This document shows, in pieces, positions 16,378-33,089 of a stretch of DNA of 64,000 nucleotides. A program made the translations under genes and the position numbers. This stretch comes from the human T2T-CHM13v2.0 reference genome, Homo sapiens: assembly GCF_009914755.1 (NCBI RefSeq), contig NC_060929.1; one strand, written 5' to 3'. The notes under the pieces are model-generated. The model did no database searches and had not been told where the DNA came from. It saw nothing but the letters and a program-made list of their open reading frames with translations. Numbering within the stretch: the first letter of the stretch is position 1; every line of letters begins with the position of its first letter.

Positions 16378-16899
16378 TAATTATGGGATTCTGGTCTGTA
16401 CAATGAGGGTGGCCTCTAAAGACTTGTTCTGCTCCAGGCCCTTTTTGGAGAGATTAATCTCACGTCTGCACTCTCCTGCCCTCCCTCCAAGCGCCGGAGT
16501 GAAAATGCAGACAGCCTTAAAACTAAGGCATTGCCCCCAGAGATTCAGTCCTGTTAACCCTGCACCTTACTCCTGACCCCCACTCCTTATGTCCCCCATG
16601 ATAAGGCCTGCTGCCTCATCTCTTCCCCTGCTCGAATGCCCTGAGGTCTTCCTGAGAGTTGGGAGGGTTTGAGAGCTTTTCCAGGCCAGAGGATCCAGAT
16701 TTGCCCATCTGGTGACAAATACCCAGGCCTGTGACCCCGCTGCCCTTGGTTATGAGCCACTGAGACAACAGTCCCCGTACCCTCCAAGCTTCCTCCTTCA
16801 CTTCTCATTGACACCGCTTCTTCCTTCACTTCTCATTCACACCGTGCTGCAGATCCCTGGGAAAGGGAAGTTCTGTAATCCCTTCACCTGAAAAAGCCT

Positions 16900-17255
16900 C
16901 GTTCCTGGCTTATTGCAGCTAGCCCAATGTCTTTCAGATTCAATCTATGTTGTTGCAAATGACAAGATGTTCCCCCTTTTAAAGGCTGAATAGTATTCTG
17001 TTGTGTATATATGCCACATTTTCTTTATGCATTCAATTTGATGGATAATTTCTTCATCAAGTGTCTGTTGATGGATAATTTCTTTATCCATCAAGTGTCT
17101 GTTGATGGACACTTAGGTTATTTCCATATCTTAGCTATTGTGAGTAATGCTGCAATGAATGTGGGAGTGCAGATAGCCCTTCGAAATGTTGATTTCAGTT
17201 CCTTTGGATATATACCCAGAAGTGGGATAATGGCTCATATGGTAGTTCTGTTTTA
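16900..17255 (-). mobile_element. L1MA fragment
   Basis: gttgttgcaaatgacaagat...tttggatatatacccagaagtggga. Confidence 0.7.
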
Positions 17256-17519
17256 TTATCTCATTTATATGCGGATTCTAACCAAGTTGAACTTACAGAA
17301 GTTGAGAGTAGAGGTGGGGTCTCACTCTGTCACCCAGGCTGGAGTGCAGTGGGGCGATTGTAGCTCACTGCAGCCTTAAACTCCTGGGCTCAAGCAGTCC
17401 TCCCACCTCAGTCTCCTGAGTAGCTGGGACTGCAGGTGTGGGCCACCAAGTTCTGCTAAGGAATAGGCTTTGAGATTTATTGCACACCAGGGTGACTATC
17501 GTCAGTAATGTATTATATA

Positions 17520-17873
17520 CAGAAGCTCCTTAACTTTCCATGAGGTTATGTTCTGATAAACCCATCATAAGTTGAAAATGCATTTAATACAGCTAACCTG
17601 AGAATCATAGCCTAGCCTACCTTAAACATGCCTAGCCTACCTTAAACATGCCCAGAATATTTACATTAGCCTACAGTTGGGCAATATCATCTAACACAAA
17701 GCCTATTTCATAATAAAGTGTTGAATGTCTCATGTGATTTACTGAAGACTGTACTGAAAGTGAAAAACAGTATGGATACTAAAAGTACAGTTTCTACTGA
17801 ATATTTATCACTTAGGCACGATTGTAAAGTTGAAAAATGGTATGTCAAACCATTGTAAGTCAGGAACTGTGTG
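17520..17873 (+). mobile_element. MER47A-like Tigger DNA transposon
   Basis: cagaagctccttaact...gtaagtcaggaactgtgtg TIR-like ends, TA on the left, internal 20-bp duplication. Confidence 0.8.
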
Positions 17874-17965
17874 CATTTCAAAACAACTAAGAGAATACAT
17901 TTCACATTGCAGTGTACCCCATAAATGTATACAACTATGGTTTGTCAATTTAAAAAAAACCCAAG

Positions 17966-18270
17966 ACCAGGTGCGGTGGTGCACACCTGTAATCCCAGGA
18001 CTTTGGGAGGCTGAGGTGGACAGATTGCTTGAGCTCAGGAGTTCAAGACCAGCCTGGGCAACATGGTGAAGCCCCATCTCTGCAAAAATACAAAAATTAG
18101 CTGGGCGTGGTGGTGTGCGCCAGTATTCCCAGCTACTTGAGAGGCTAAGGTGAGAGGCCCAGCTACGCCTGAACCTGGGAGGTCATGGCTACAGCTGAGA
18201 TTGCACCACTGCATTCCAGCCTGGGTGACAGAGTGAGACCCTATCTCACAAAAAAACCCCAAAAACAAAA
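17966..18270 (+). mobile_element. AluJ
   Basis: Diverged dimer; a right-arm monomer also lies at ~17310-17450 on -. Confidence 0.85.
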
Positions 18271-19265
18271 ACCCGATTCCATTGCCTCTTGGCTGCTAGC
18301 TGTGGTCAAGACATCACACATTTCTGGTAGCAAAGGGATAGGTCCAACCCTGATCCCCTCCCTTCTACCATCTTGGAAGTGTTTGAGAGTGAGGAACAGT
18401 GCTGTGTAGGGGAAAGCGGGTGATACTGAAAGCAGGGAGGCTTGGCTTCTGATCATTCCCCTGTCTCAATCCATGGATTTCCTGAGTCTTGTTCTCCTCA
18501 TCTGTAAGATGGGTGTGATGGTGCCAACGTGCATCTCGGGGAGTTGTCGGTGAAGGGAAATGCATTCATTGATGGAAAATTTCTAAAATCAGAAACAAAT
18601 AAAGCCATATAAATCTGTGGGCTTGGCCTCACTCTGCCCCCGAGGCAGAAAGTCTGTTTTGCTTGTTGAATGAAGGAACGTGGACCTTTTGACTTCATTT
18701 GCCTGGAGAATTTATACCTTGTTCCTGAATGTTGGCTGAGAATGCTTCTCTTGGCTCCAGGGCTGGCCGCTATGAGGTGGAGTCTGGCTAGAGGCTGCTA
18801 GCTCACCCTACAAACTTGTTGTATATGCTGTGGGTATGGATGCCATCTCAGACTAGGTCTTAGATTGGCAGTTTTGAAGAGGCCCTGAGACATTATAAAG
18901 GTCACTCAAAATCACACAGCACCTACATCTTCTTGGGGCTCATGTGATTCAGAGCCCTGACCTTGAGTCCCTGGGCCAGATAAAGATGGGGGTGGGGGGT
19001 GACAGTGAATGAACATCAGGAAACCTGAATTTCAGTTCCTCTTCTAGCATAACTGATCTTGTGACTACAGGCTGTGATGGGTGTTAGATAACAGGGGAGG
19101 ATATCTAGCCCCATGCTAGTCATATAGTAGGTGCTTAATAGACTCTATAGTGCTGTATAGTGGCTGTCATTTGTTGTACCCATACTATGTGCTATGTACT
19201 GGGCTATGTGCTTTTTTCCTAAAAAAAAATTTGGAATAATTTTAGGTTTATAGAATAGTTGCAGC

Positions 19266-19570
19266 AGGGCGTGGTGGTTCACCCCTATAATCCAGCACTG
19301 TGGGAGACCAAGGCAGGCAAATCACTTGAGGCCAGGAGTTTGAGACCAACCTGAACCTGGCCAACATGGTGAAACCCTGTCCATACTAAAAATACAAAAA
19401 TTAGCCAGGCATGGTGGCGTACACCTGTAGTCCCAGCTACTTGGGAGGCTGAGGCAGGAGAAATCACTTGAACCTAGGAGGCAGAGGTTGCAGTGAGCTG
19501 AGATCACGCTGCTGCACTCCAGCCTGGATGACAGAGTGAGACTCTGTCTCAAGAAAAAAAAAAAAAAAAA
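19266..19570 (+). mobile_element. AluS within an old L1
   Basis: Dimer with poly(A). Confidence 0.88.
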
Positions 19571-22500
19571 GAAAAGTTACAGAGATAATATAGAGTTTCT
19601 ATATACTCCTGACTCAGTTTTCCCTGTTAGCATCTTATATGTACATATCTCCAACACTAAGAAACCAACATTAGTACATTACTGTTAACTGAATTCTAGA
19701 CTTTATTTGGATTTCACCAGTTTTCCCATTAATGCCCTCTTTCTGAGCCAGGATCCAATCCAGGGTACTGCACTGCCATTGTTGTCATGACACATATAAT
19801 TGTAGTCCCCCCTCTCCTCCAGCCTATGACAGCTTCTTAGTCTTTCCTTGTTTATTCATGAGCTTGGCAGTCTTGAGGAGTTGTGCCCTGTGCTTTCTGT
19901 ATACAAACATCTTACCCTCACAATAGCCCTGTGAGAAGATATCATTATGTCCACATAATAAATGAGGAAATTTTGAACCCCTAGGGGGTTAACTTACCCA
20001 TGGTCTTAGCTAGTAAGACTGGCTGAGCTGGGTTTTAACTCATACCTGTAGTACCCATATCTCTGCCTCCAGAGCTGTGCCTTTCCCCTCCGTCTTGTAC
20101 CACCCCTTCCCACTAGTTGGCCTAGGCTGGAATGGCAGATATCTGGTGACCAGCCTGGCCTTGGTGGGCACTGCTAATCCATTACACCTCCCTTCCCTGA
20201 TGAGCCTGGACTCAGCAGCAGAATTTGTCACTACAGAGACAGCTAGCCGGGCATTACCCTCAGGAAGCCATCTTGTTACGTCTCCCCCAGGGCCTGGGGA
20301 AAGAAGAGCTTAGGAGAGGGGAAGGGATTCTTCTCCGGTAGGTACTCTGGATACCCTACCCCCACCCCCAGCCCAGAATCAATTCTCTGTGTGGATCAGG
20401 CTGCCTTAGAATCTATGAAAACAGCCCCACCCAGAAAACTAGTCCTGCTCCTATGTTGCCCTCCAGCCTGACTCTTAATTCCAGGCAATCTTTCCCTTGA
20501 CCACTTTCAGTCTGTTCACAACCACAAATCACAGTGTAGTACTGTCCTTCAGTGGGGTTCCACTGCCCCTATAGTAAATGCAACCTCCCGATTATAGCTT
20601 GTGGGGTCCTGCATTAAATGACCCTGCTACCCCTCCAACCTCATCTGGGTCCCTCATCTACTACATTTAGCCCATGGCCTTCTCCCAGTGCCTGGAGCAG
20701 CCAAGCTTCTTTGTGCCTTGGGGCCTTTGCCTGAGTTCCCTCGGCCTGCACTTACATGTCTGACTCCGCATCCTGCAAGAGCCCGGCTTAAGTATCACTT
20801 CCCCACCACCCTATGTAAGTGAGTCCTTTGTTGCTGTCAGCATTACCTTCTGCTCTTTTCCTTTGTGGCACTCACAAATCATAGTGGGTGATATTTATTT
20901 GCATTAGACGGTAAGCTCCTCAAGGCAGGGCAGGAGCCAGGTCTGATTGTTTACCACTCTTGCCACAGCACTTAGCCCAGGGCCTATCATCATTGCTCCA
21001 TAAATATTTGTGGAATGAATGTTGAAGGAAACATTTAGTGGCAACTATCCTGTCCTGCCTTTCTTAGTCATGACATGACCTTTCATTCCAAGGGGTAGGA
21101 ACCCATTCCTAAAAGCTCAGGTAAAGGGGAAGTTTATTACAGAGCTGCAAGACATCCCATGGAGCTGCCGGCAGGAAGCGGAGGCTAGGACGCTAATGGC
21201 TCCTTTAGTGAGCCGGCTCCCGTGTTGTGCCTGGCATTGGGTTATGAGCTTTACATACACGCTCTCGCCCTTGCAACATCCTGGAGAGGAAGGTAGAAAT
21301 GCCTCCAGTTAAAAGATGTGGAAATTTAGACTCCAAAGGGGAAACTGGCCTATAAAATCACATGGTAAGTGTGGCAGAGCTATGATTTCCACCCAGGGCT
21401 GTTTGGCTAAAGCTGTCATTCACCCATGTCTCTCCAAAGCCATGCCCTTCACTGCTACTCCATACTGCTTTTATAGATAGGGAAGTGGGACTTGATCTGT
21501 TCCCTTTTCCACAGACCAACAGAGCCCTTAGCCCTTAGCCCTAACTTCTGCTTGGTCATGGATCACAGATCTAGATGGTCTGGCCTCAACCCAAAACTTA
21601 GGATCCAGTGACAGCACAAAACCCCCATATCCCCAGCCTTTTATACCTTAATTCCAAAATTGGGCAGAGAGAATCTGTCAGCCTAGCTGGGGTTAGGTGA
21701 TCCCTCTTGAAAGAGTCAGTGATGGGAGTGTTGAAGGTGGGCATCAGCTTGGGGGTGTGGGACTGGCAGGTTTTCTCTCTGAGACAGGGTGTGGATGGAG
21801 GGCATGCCAACAGTCTCTCATAGGTGGCCTCCAGGGGGCTGGGAGAGGTGAGAGTGGGTGGGCAGAGAGTCTTCACAGTGTGGGAGGTGTTCAAGATCAT
21901 CAGACAGGGTCTGTTGGAGTGCGGAGTGGTGGTCACATGCAGTCACATGCAGATGTAGTGGTGGTGGAATCAGGAGACCTGGGGGATGTGGAGGAGGAAC
22001 AGGAGCAGCTCAGCACAGGGGTGGTGAGTGATCCAAGTGGGCATGTGGCATGAGAAGAGGGATGGGAAGAAGACACTGGTTAGGACTGGGGAAGTCCACT
22101 GGGGATTATTCATCAGCAAGTGATCCACTGGGGATCTTTTCATGAGTGTCCTATTCCTTTCTGAGTTAATCACCTGCCCCTTGAGAGTGGGATTTCAGAT
22201 GCTGTTAGATTTCCCATTGTGTTTTGTGTTTCCCATTGTTCCTGGCTCTGGGTTGGGCATGGGGTGTGACATGAACAAGGTCCTGGGTGTGGGCTGCAGA
22301 GGTGAATCCTCCAGGAGCTTGCCCTCTGCTGGGATTCCAAGGCTGGCTGGAGAGGAGTGGGCAGCAGGGAGGTGGGAAGTCAGAGAAGGTGCCCACCAAA
22401 GGCCAATTAGGTCAGTCTCCTGTTTGGAAGTTCCAGGTCTATCATATCCTGCCTTATAGTTTACAATACACTTTTGGGAGATTATGTCTTTTGAGTCTTT

Positions 22501-22574
22501 TAGTTTAGTCCTGCCTATAAAATGAGTAGGATAAGTGTTATCCCAGCTTCATAGGTATGGAGTCTCATAGATGA

Positions 22575-22991
<417 letters not shown>

Positions 22992-23265
22992 TAGATTCAG
23001 ACACTGTTTCACAGGTTCATGGAATCTCAGGATCATAAGATTGAAAGGAATCTCTGATGTCAGCGCCAGCAACTTCCTGGTGAGGGCAGGAGTGACGGAT
23101 ACCTTGCACCTGGCAGAAGCGTCCTGGCCTTCTCTGGGCCTGGTGGCCAACTGCTCATTATTGTCTGACAGCTCTGGTTGGCCAATTTGGTTTTGTTGTT
23201 AATTATAAAATTGATATACCAATTAGCCAGTAATATATAGTCACTTTAGAAAACACAAGTGGTCA

Positions 23266-23638
<373 letters not shown>

Positions 23639-23984
23639 TTATAGGATATTCTTTGCAACTTTCCCCCATACAATTACATACATAACACACATATTTATTT
23701 TTAATGGATATGTATGATAATAGGCAGTGCTCATTGTAAATGTCCTCCAGTAATCTAAATCCTAGAGATAGTCAGTGTTTGCTCTTTATATATCCCATCA
23801 GAATTTTTATGTGTTTGTAAATATATACACACTTATACTCATGGGATTATATGATATGTGCTATTATACTTGCTATTTTTTTTGCCTCATACTATATGTC
23901 CATATCTTTCCAAGGATTAGGTGGCTCTACTTATTCAATTTTTTTTTATCCAATCATTATTTTATTATTTTAATGTATTGTAAT

Positions 23985-24301
<317 letters not shown>

Positions 24302-24352
24302 TGATGTGGATCTTTCATAATTTATATAACAAGTCTATTGTTGAACATTTAG

Positions 24353-24910
<558 letters not shown>

Positions 24911-25987
24911 TGATTCTCTAGATACACACTTTTTAGGTCTTTTGATACATTTTGCCAAAGTGCCTCCCAATGTTTGAATAAACCTGCATCATTCCTAGTG
25001 AGCGTAGATGTCTATTCATAAGTTTATTTGCCTTTTGTATTTACTTTGGGAATAACCTGTTTGTTTCCATCCATTGACTATTTTAGGGGTGTATGTTTTT
25101 ATATTTTCTTAGAAAACAATGAAGACTTTTCATATATCCATTGCAACACCATTTAATATGGTCCTTTCCTCTCTAGCTAAAATTGCTACCTTTATATGAT
25201 GCTCCTCTATGCCCTTCAGTCTGTTCCTGATCCAGATCTATTCTAGTACCAGTTTTGTGTTAATTATTTAGAAGATTCCTGATTTGGATTCTGTGTTTCT
25301 ATCATTATCCTTAGACCTGTCTTAATCACAGCTCCTACGTTATGGGCTTTCCTTGAACAATACCTGAGTTAGAAAATCATGTGGAAAGTGCTTTGCACAG
25401 GGCCTGGCACCCAGGACATGCTCAGTACATTTTATATCTTGTGAACATTTCGATTAGTATCTGTCTTATCCTGCAGTCTCTTGACCCAGACACAAGTCCT
25501 GGATATGTGGCAGCTTTCAGCTCCCCTGCACCTCCTACCAAGCCTTTTCCTAGCAGAGTCATTGTGTTTCCATTACTGTTCCTCAAGTGATAGGGGGTCA
25601 AGCCCTGTACCCTTGGATCTGGGCCAAGGGATGGAATCATTCCCTATGTATGGACACTGGACTGTTTCTCTGCCAGGGTCACACACATTTATTTGTGTGC
25701 TCCCTCTGCTGATCTGGAGTGTGGGCTCTCCTGGTAGGCCGTCCGCCATGCTCCCTCTGCTGCCATCACCATGCAGCCACTGGTGTTTCCAGGGAGGGGG
25801 CTATGCAGCTGACTTGGAAACAAGAAGCTGGCAAACCCGCTCTTCTGCCCTCAGCCTGCTTTTCCTGGCTTCTTCACAAACCATTAAGATGGGTTTTACT
25901 CCCTATTCTCCTTTTCCATTGCTTTATTACCTTTCATAAATTTGGGCCTACATAATCTCCTCTGTCTTTACTGTCACTTGTGCTTAG

Positions 25988-26351
<364 letters not shown>

Positions 26352-27641
26352 TTATTTGGTTCAGTTCTTTTTTCAGGATATGTGCATATCAACTATTAGA
26401 TGAAAGCTCTTCTGACCACTTGCTAGGGAGAAGAGCTGATGAGGGACAAAGGGTCTCAGGAAAGGTTGCAACTTGACCCAGGTCACAAAGCTAGTTGTTA
26501 GCATGGACAAGGCTGGTATGTTTATCTTGGGGTTTGGTTCCTGAGCTTTTACTGGCAGGGAGGTAGACTTGGTGCTTGGTGTATTTGCAGGGGAGGGGAG
26601 AGGAGTGCTGCAGATTCAGTTCCAGAACTCTCCCCTTGCCCAGCAGACCCGCTTATGAGAGCTGCCCAGAACTAAGCTCTGGATGAGCCTGGAGCACTCT
26701 TGGGGTCCATGGGGCTTCAACCCCTTGTTACACTGAGGCCCAGAGGAGAGTGACTGCCCAAACCCAAGAAAGCAACTGCCATCCTCTCTTTCTCTGATCT
26801 TGCTGTAGTGAAATTTCTTTAATCAAAAGTCAAATCTGGGACCTGGCTGGATTTGACTCCAGCTGCAATTTTTAAAAGTTAAATGTCCCGGATTCCATGG
26901 CCGTGGGTAAGACTGGGGCCTGCTCAGGAGCTCCCTTTTCTCTTTTGACTTGCTCCATGGGATCTGGCATAGTTAATAACTCCCAATGCCCAGCCCTCCC
27001 TCAAGTTCCAGCCTGTGGGACCCTGGTTTTCCCATCCTCAAGAACTGTAAATTGTCACTGTATTTGTCATATGTACTTATTCCAGCCTTTCAGGCCTGGT
27101 AACTTGGCTCCCCCAGCACCCAAAGTCATATACATGCCTGGGCTCATTACTCCACCCTGCTTCCTTTTCTGAGTCATAGTAGCAAATAGATTGAGAATAA
27201 GAAATGAGCCATCATTTGTAATTTCCAAATGGTAGGTGTGGCTGCTGCCTTAGAACCCTCTGTTGACTTCAGTTCAGTACACTTCTTGTGTCGTGCTGGT
27301 CCTGTGCTGGGGGCAGGAGTAGAGATGAGGGAGCCACTACCTCTTCTGGTAGATGCAGCCCTACAGGTTCCAGCCTGGTGGGAGGAGCCCTGGCAGGACT
27401 TGTCCCCCTACTGGCCTCCTCCACTGTGTGTTCTCACTCAGGGCATAACTGGCTCAAACATTTTCATTAGGGTATTGGCGACACAAGGAGAGAGTATTGG
27501 CTAAGGAAAAAGGCAGGGCAGAAGTCATGGAGGAGGAAGCTTTTGATTTCAGGCACTGTGCAAAGTGCTGGTATTTCCCTCTCAATGGGACCTGTGAGAG
27601 AGGTAGGCACTCTAAAATATCCCACTTTTGAAGATGAGGCG

Positions 27642-27939
27642 AGGCTGGATACAGTGCTTCATGCCTGTAATCCCAGGACCTTGGGAGGCCGAGGCGGGTG
27701 GATCATTTGAAGTCAGGAGTTTGAGACCAGCCTGACCAACATGGTGAAACCCCATCTCTACTAAAAATACAAAAACATTAGCCAGGCGTGGTAGCTCATG
27801 CCTGTAATCTCAGCTACTCAGGAGGCTAAGACAGGAGAATCGCTTGAACGCAGGAAGCAGAGTTTGTAGTGAGCCAAAATCACACCACTATACTCCAGCC
27901 TAGGTGACAGAGTGAGACTCTGTCTCAAAAAAAAAAAAA
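27642..27939 (+). mobile_element. AluS
   Basis: Dimer; TSD aag(a)tgagg. Confidence 0.88.
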
Positions 27940-29119
27940 GAAGGTGAGGGAATGGCCACTGAGAGAGATTAAGTAACTCACCCAAGGGCACAATAAAACT
28001 AGGAAGTGGCAGAACTAGCATTCCAACCTAGGCCCTCTGACTTTTCCTAGGCAGCGGGGTAGAAGCAGGTTTGATGAGAGAGAGGAGGGCTGAGAGGGTG
28101 CTGTGTGGCCAGTGGTGGAGATAATGGGTATGTCTTAGGAGCAGATGAGGCCAGTGAGAGGAGCAATTAGAATTTGTCCACTCAGACCACAGGATGTGCT
28201 AACTTCTTTGTTCTTTCTGGGCCTGGAGGAAGGCAGCTAATATCTCGACATCTGGGGCATCTGGAAGACTTGAGTCCGTGGCCTGGGAACCAGCCTGAGC
28301 CCAGCAGCCTCTTAGGACATAAGTGCCCATCCAGGATTTAATCTCTTAGAAACAGAGCCCCAAATAAAGTGAGCCTAGAGGCTGGGATTCCTAGAATGCT
28401 AGAATGTCAGAGCTGAAAGGGATCCTAAAAATGTGATTTCCTGCCATAACACGCACAAGGAATCAGATATTTGAGAAAGCTAATTTCCTGGTGCTCTTTC
28501 CTGAGAGTTTTCCCTTGATACCTTTGGTGGGTGATGGACATGGTTCTAAAGCCAACTCATTTGGCACTAGAGGCAACTAACACATGGTGACTGTTCAGCG
28601 CGTGCCCGGCACAACTGGGATGTCCACCATGAAATTTGGGCCACTTCCTCCTGGTCAGCTTCAGCCTCCAAAACGGGAGCAAAGTCATGACAGTATGGAG
28701 GTGTGAAGTGTGTTCTAGAGCTTCTCACCCAGCCCTACTCCAGGCACAAGAGTCTTTTGTAGCTTTCCCGGCTGAGTCAGGGAGCCCGTACTCCTTGAGG
28801 CAGCTCCATCTGTTGTAACCTAGCTATGATTTTATACCAGTCTCAAGGTGATCTTTCTATACATTCCTATTGTTCTTAATTCTGTCTTCTGTGGCTGTAC
28901 GGAGAAAATGTGACCCAAGAGCAGCCAGTTGGGTTCATTTTGGTAACCAGCTCATCAGTTGGTAGTAACTACCTGAAGTCCTATGCAGAAAAGGATTTTG
29001 GGGCCACGACTGGGCTCAGAAGGAAAGCCCAGGAAACAATGCCACAGTTAACCAATTAGCAGTTAGATGACAAGTGCATTTCAATGCAAGTGTTAGAGCC
29101 AATCAATGGGTAGTGACTA

Positions 29120-29406
<287 letters not shown>

Positions 29407-29639
29407 AGAATTCTAAGTCTATGTATAGTTCAGTGTAGGGGGAAAATTCACATTTGATTATTAATGTCTGCCATGGGCACAATAATACACTATACTCACA
29501 CATGGGCCACAATGTTGCCATTCCTAGAACAGACTATCTCTAAGATCTCATCCAGTTAAAAATTCTATGATTAAAATATATTGCTGCTTTTTTGAAGACA
29601 GAAGAGCTGGTATGTTTGCCCTGGAATTTACACTTATAA

Positions 29640-29867
<228 letters not shown>

Positions 29868-30183
29868 TAGGGAGGAGAGAGCGTTACCCCTGTGGCTAAA
29901 GAGATGGGGTTTGGAGAGAAGGGTCTTTGCATTCTCCTTCTGCAGATCTGCATGTCTCTGGATTTGTAAGCCAGTGTGACCTATCAGGAATCACTTATCT
30001 TCCGGGAGCCTCAGTTATCCATCTACGAAATGGGAGACTTGAACTTAGATGTGATCTTCAGGGCCCTTTATCCATAATAATCCATGCTCTACAGTGCTAT
30101 GGCCGTCTCTCATCTTGTGCGGCTGTTTTGAGAATGGGAAGAGGGGTGGTAGTTCATGGCTGCAATCCTAGCAGTGGCTCTAG

Positions 30184-30396
<213 letters not shown>

Positions 30397-31048
30397 CATG
30401 GCATCTGCCACAGCAGAATGGAGTGGTGTGAGGAAGGTCCCTTTTCCTCTGTTTTGTGTTTGCCAAGGCCAAACTCCCACTCTCTGCCCCCCTTTAATCC
30501 CCTTTCTACAGTGAGTCCACTACCCTCACTGAAAATCATCTTGTACCACTTACATTTTAGGCTGGGGCAAGCAGCCCTGACCTAAGGGAGAATGAGTTGG
30601 ACAGTTCTTGATAGCCCAGGGCATCTGCTGGGCTGACCACGTTACTCATCCCCGTTAACATTCTCTCTAAAGAGCCTCGTTCATTTCCAAAGCAGTTAAG
30701 GAATGGGAACCAGAGTGTTTTAGGACCTGAAGAATCTTTATGACTCTCTCTCTTTCACTCTTTTTTTTTTTTGTCACTAAGTTAAAAGCGAAGTGAGAGT
30801 ATTAACGTTTTTGTTCTCCTCCGGCCCCCTGTTACAATGAAGGGGCAAAAGTATTTGCTCTTAGTCTATTCCTCCCTTAACTTCTGTGACTAATTTTTAT
30901 TTCCTTTCTAGATTTGCCCAATTAATACTAGGGTGCAGTGTATCCTGGAGAGGTAGGGTGTGTGGGGGAGGAATCCCTTGGGGGAGATATTAGGAGTGCT
31001 CTGTTGTTTACAAACTCAGGTACCCGCAGGGCCTAGCAAGAGACTTAA

Positions 31049-31398
<350 letters not shown>

Positions 31399-31593
31399 AT
31401 TTTTCCTTTTTGATTAAAGATGCTATTACAATGTAAATATTTCTTACACAGAAAGTCACAGCACATGTGCCCATTGATACAAGGCTGCTGAGGCCTGGTC
31501 TCCAGTTGGAAATATAATTAAGGGTGGCAAGGACTGGAGTCAGTTGGAGAGTGCATAGCCAGTCTGTGAAGACAACTGCCAGATACTGGCAAT

Positions 31594-31636
31594 ACTCCAG
31601 CCTGGTGACAGAGTGAGACTCTGTCTCAAAAAAAAA
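31594..31636 (+). mobile_element. 43-bp Alu 3'-end fragment in the GM2A 3' UTR
   Basis: actccagcctggtgacagagtgagactctgtctc(A)9. Confidence 0.85.
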
Positions 31637-32164
31637 GTTTCAATGTTTACTCCTAGAGAAGCCAAAAATCCAGATTTGTATATGAAATCTTACCATTTTA
31701 AAAGATTGGCAGCTAATTATTTTTTTAAAAAGCTGTGCAGTGTGATGTGTCCCAAACGGACTGGCTCATGGGTGGCCACGTCACAACCTCTGATCTCAGA
31801 CCGTGCATGCCTTGTCCTCTTAAGACAACTCCTGTGGCACCGTTTCTCCCTCCACAGGGCCAAAGCCATAGTGTCCGGTCCCAAGGACAAGGCTCTTCCA
31901 GTGCTAGGAGAGGTATGAGCAGCCTCTCACCTGTGAGCTGTGGGGATCACAAGGCTGCCTGCCTCAGTCTTGGAGTCCTGTTGGGTGAATGAGGCAGATG
32001 GGAAAGAGCCTCACCAGCAGCTGCTTTTGGAGCAGGGGTCCAAGGAAGAGAGGGTGGCCTCGACATCAAACTGCCTGGATTTTTCTACCACCCTGTTACA
32101 TCATAACAACTTCTGAAACACACACCAGCCCTGAGTTCTGGGCTCATTTGAAGCCTGGAATAGC

Positions 32165-32170
32165 AATAAA
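32165..32170 (+). terminator. GM2A: Probable proximal GM2A polyadenylation signal
   Basis: AATAAA ~1.8 kb after the stop codon, followed by U-rich sequence; further AATAAA at 33111, 33310 and 33334 could serve longer UTRs. Confidence 0.6.
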
Positions 32171-32415
32171 TCTTTTTAACTTGCGGACAGTTTCCCCTTG
32201 CCTTGGCTGCATATTTCACTGATCACATCTCAGGATTTCAAAAGCATTTTTGGGGTGGGGCTCTTTTGGTTGGAAGGGTTTGTTGGAACGGTACAGGTGA
32301 GCCGAGGTGATTCCAGGGACGGACCCTTCTGCAGGAGCTTGAGCTTGCTTGTTGTCTCTGCTTCATCGCCATCCAGCTCCCTTGTTTGCTATTTTGCTTT
32401 CCATCACATCATGAC

Positions 32416-32900
32416 TGCGGAGAGCAAAAATCACCTAGTGACCATTGAACAGGTCCCAGAGACAAAATCTTTTTATCTGAGGAATTTAAAAGGGAGCAAA
32501 GACCACCTGGTGACTATCAGGCCATGCAGAGGCAAAATGCCTTATTTGGGGAAAATTAAAAGTAATTAGACTTTCCTATTATCTAAAGCAGGCATCTGGT
32601 TCCAGATTTCTTTTCCCCGAAAAAAACCTTAGAAGTAACTAAAATTTCTGTACATCTCCGGAATGCCATGCTGAAACTCACTGCAACCCCACGGTCCCGC
32701 TTTAAGGTCCATAAATATCCCTAAGGAAAAATCCACCGTGGTACATTCAGTCCTCTCACCGAGGTGCCCCATGGCAGTCTTCTGCAGCATTCTTCTAATA
32801 CCTTTCCTTTTTCAAACCTATACTGTTGTTGGTGAATTCTTTTTACCAACCCACGAGTTGACCACTTCCCAATGCCGGGGATCTGACACCTCACCTGGCA
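32416..32900 (+). mobile_element. Solo ERV1 LTR (MER67-like) downstream of GM2A exon 4
   Basis: TG...CA ends with perfect 5-bp TSD ATGAC (32411-32415, 32901-32905); family name from recall. Confidence 0.75.
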
Positions 32901-33089
32901 ATGACCTCCACAGCCGTTTCCCTCTGTTGGATCTTCCAGCCTTATTCTCAACAGTTCATTTTTAGTTCACATTCTTGACCGAATCTCAGTAGCTCAGTTA
33001 ATCTTTTTATGTCTGCTCTGCTCTTGGGTCATATGTTCCGTGAGGTTTCTTAGGGGTGGGGGATGAGGAGTTAAAGGTGGCATCTTCAA

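Noticed and set aside
16789-17652. Short tandem duplications (28 bp at ~16789, ~31 bp at ~17039, 20 bp at ~17610); similar at ~52127
   Set aside because: Ordinary slippage duplications, mostly inside old repeats, with no functional signal.
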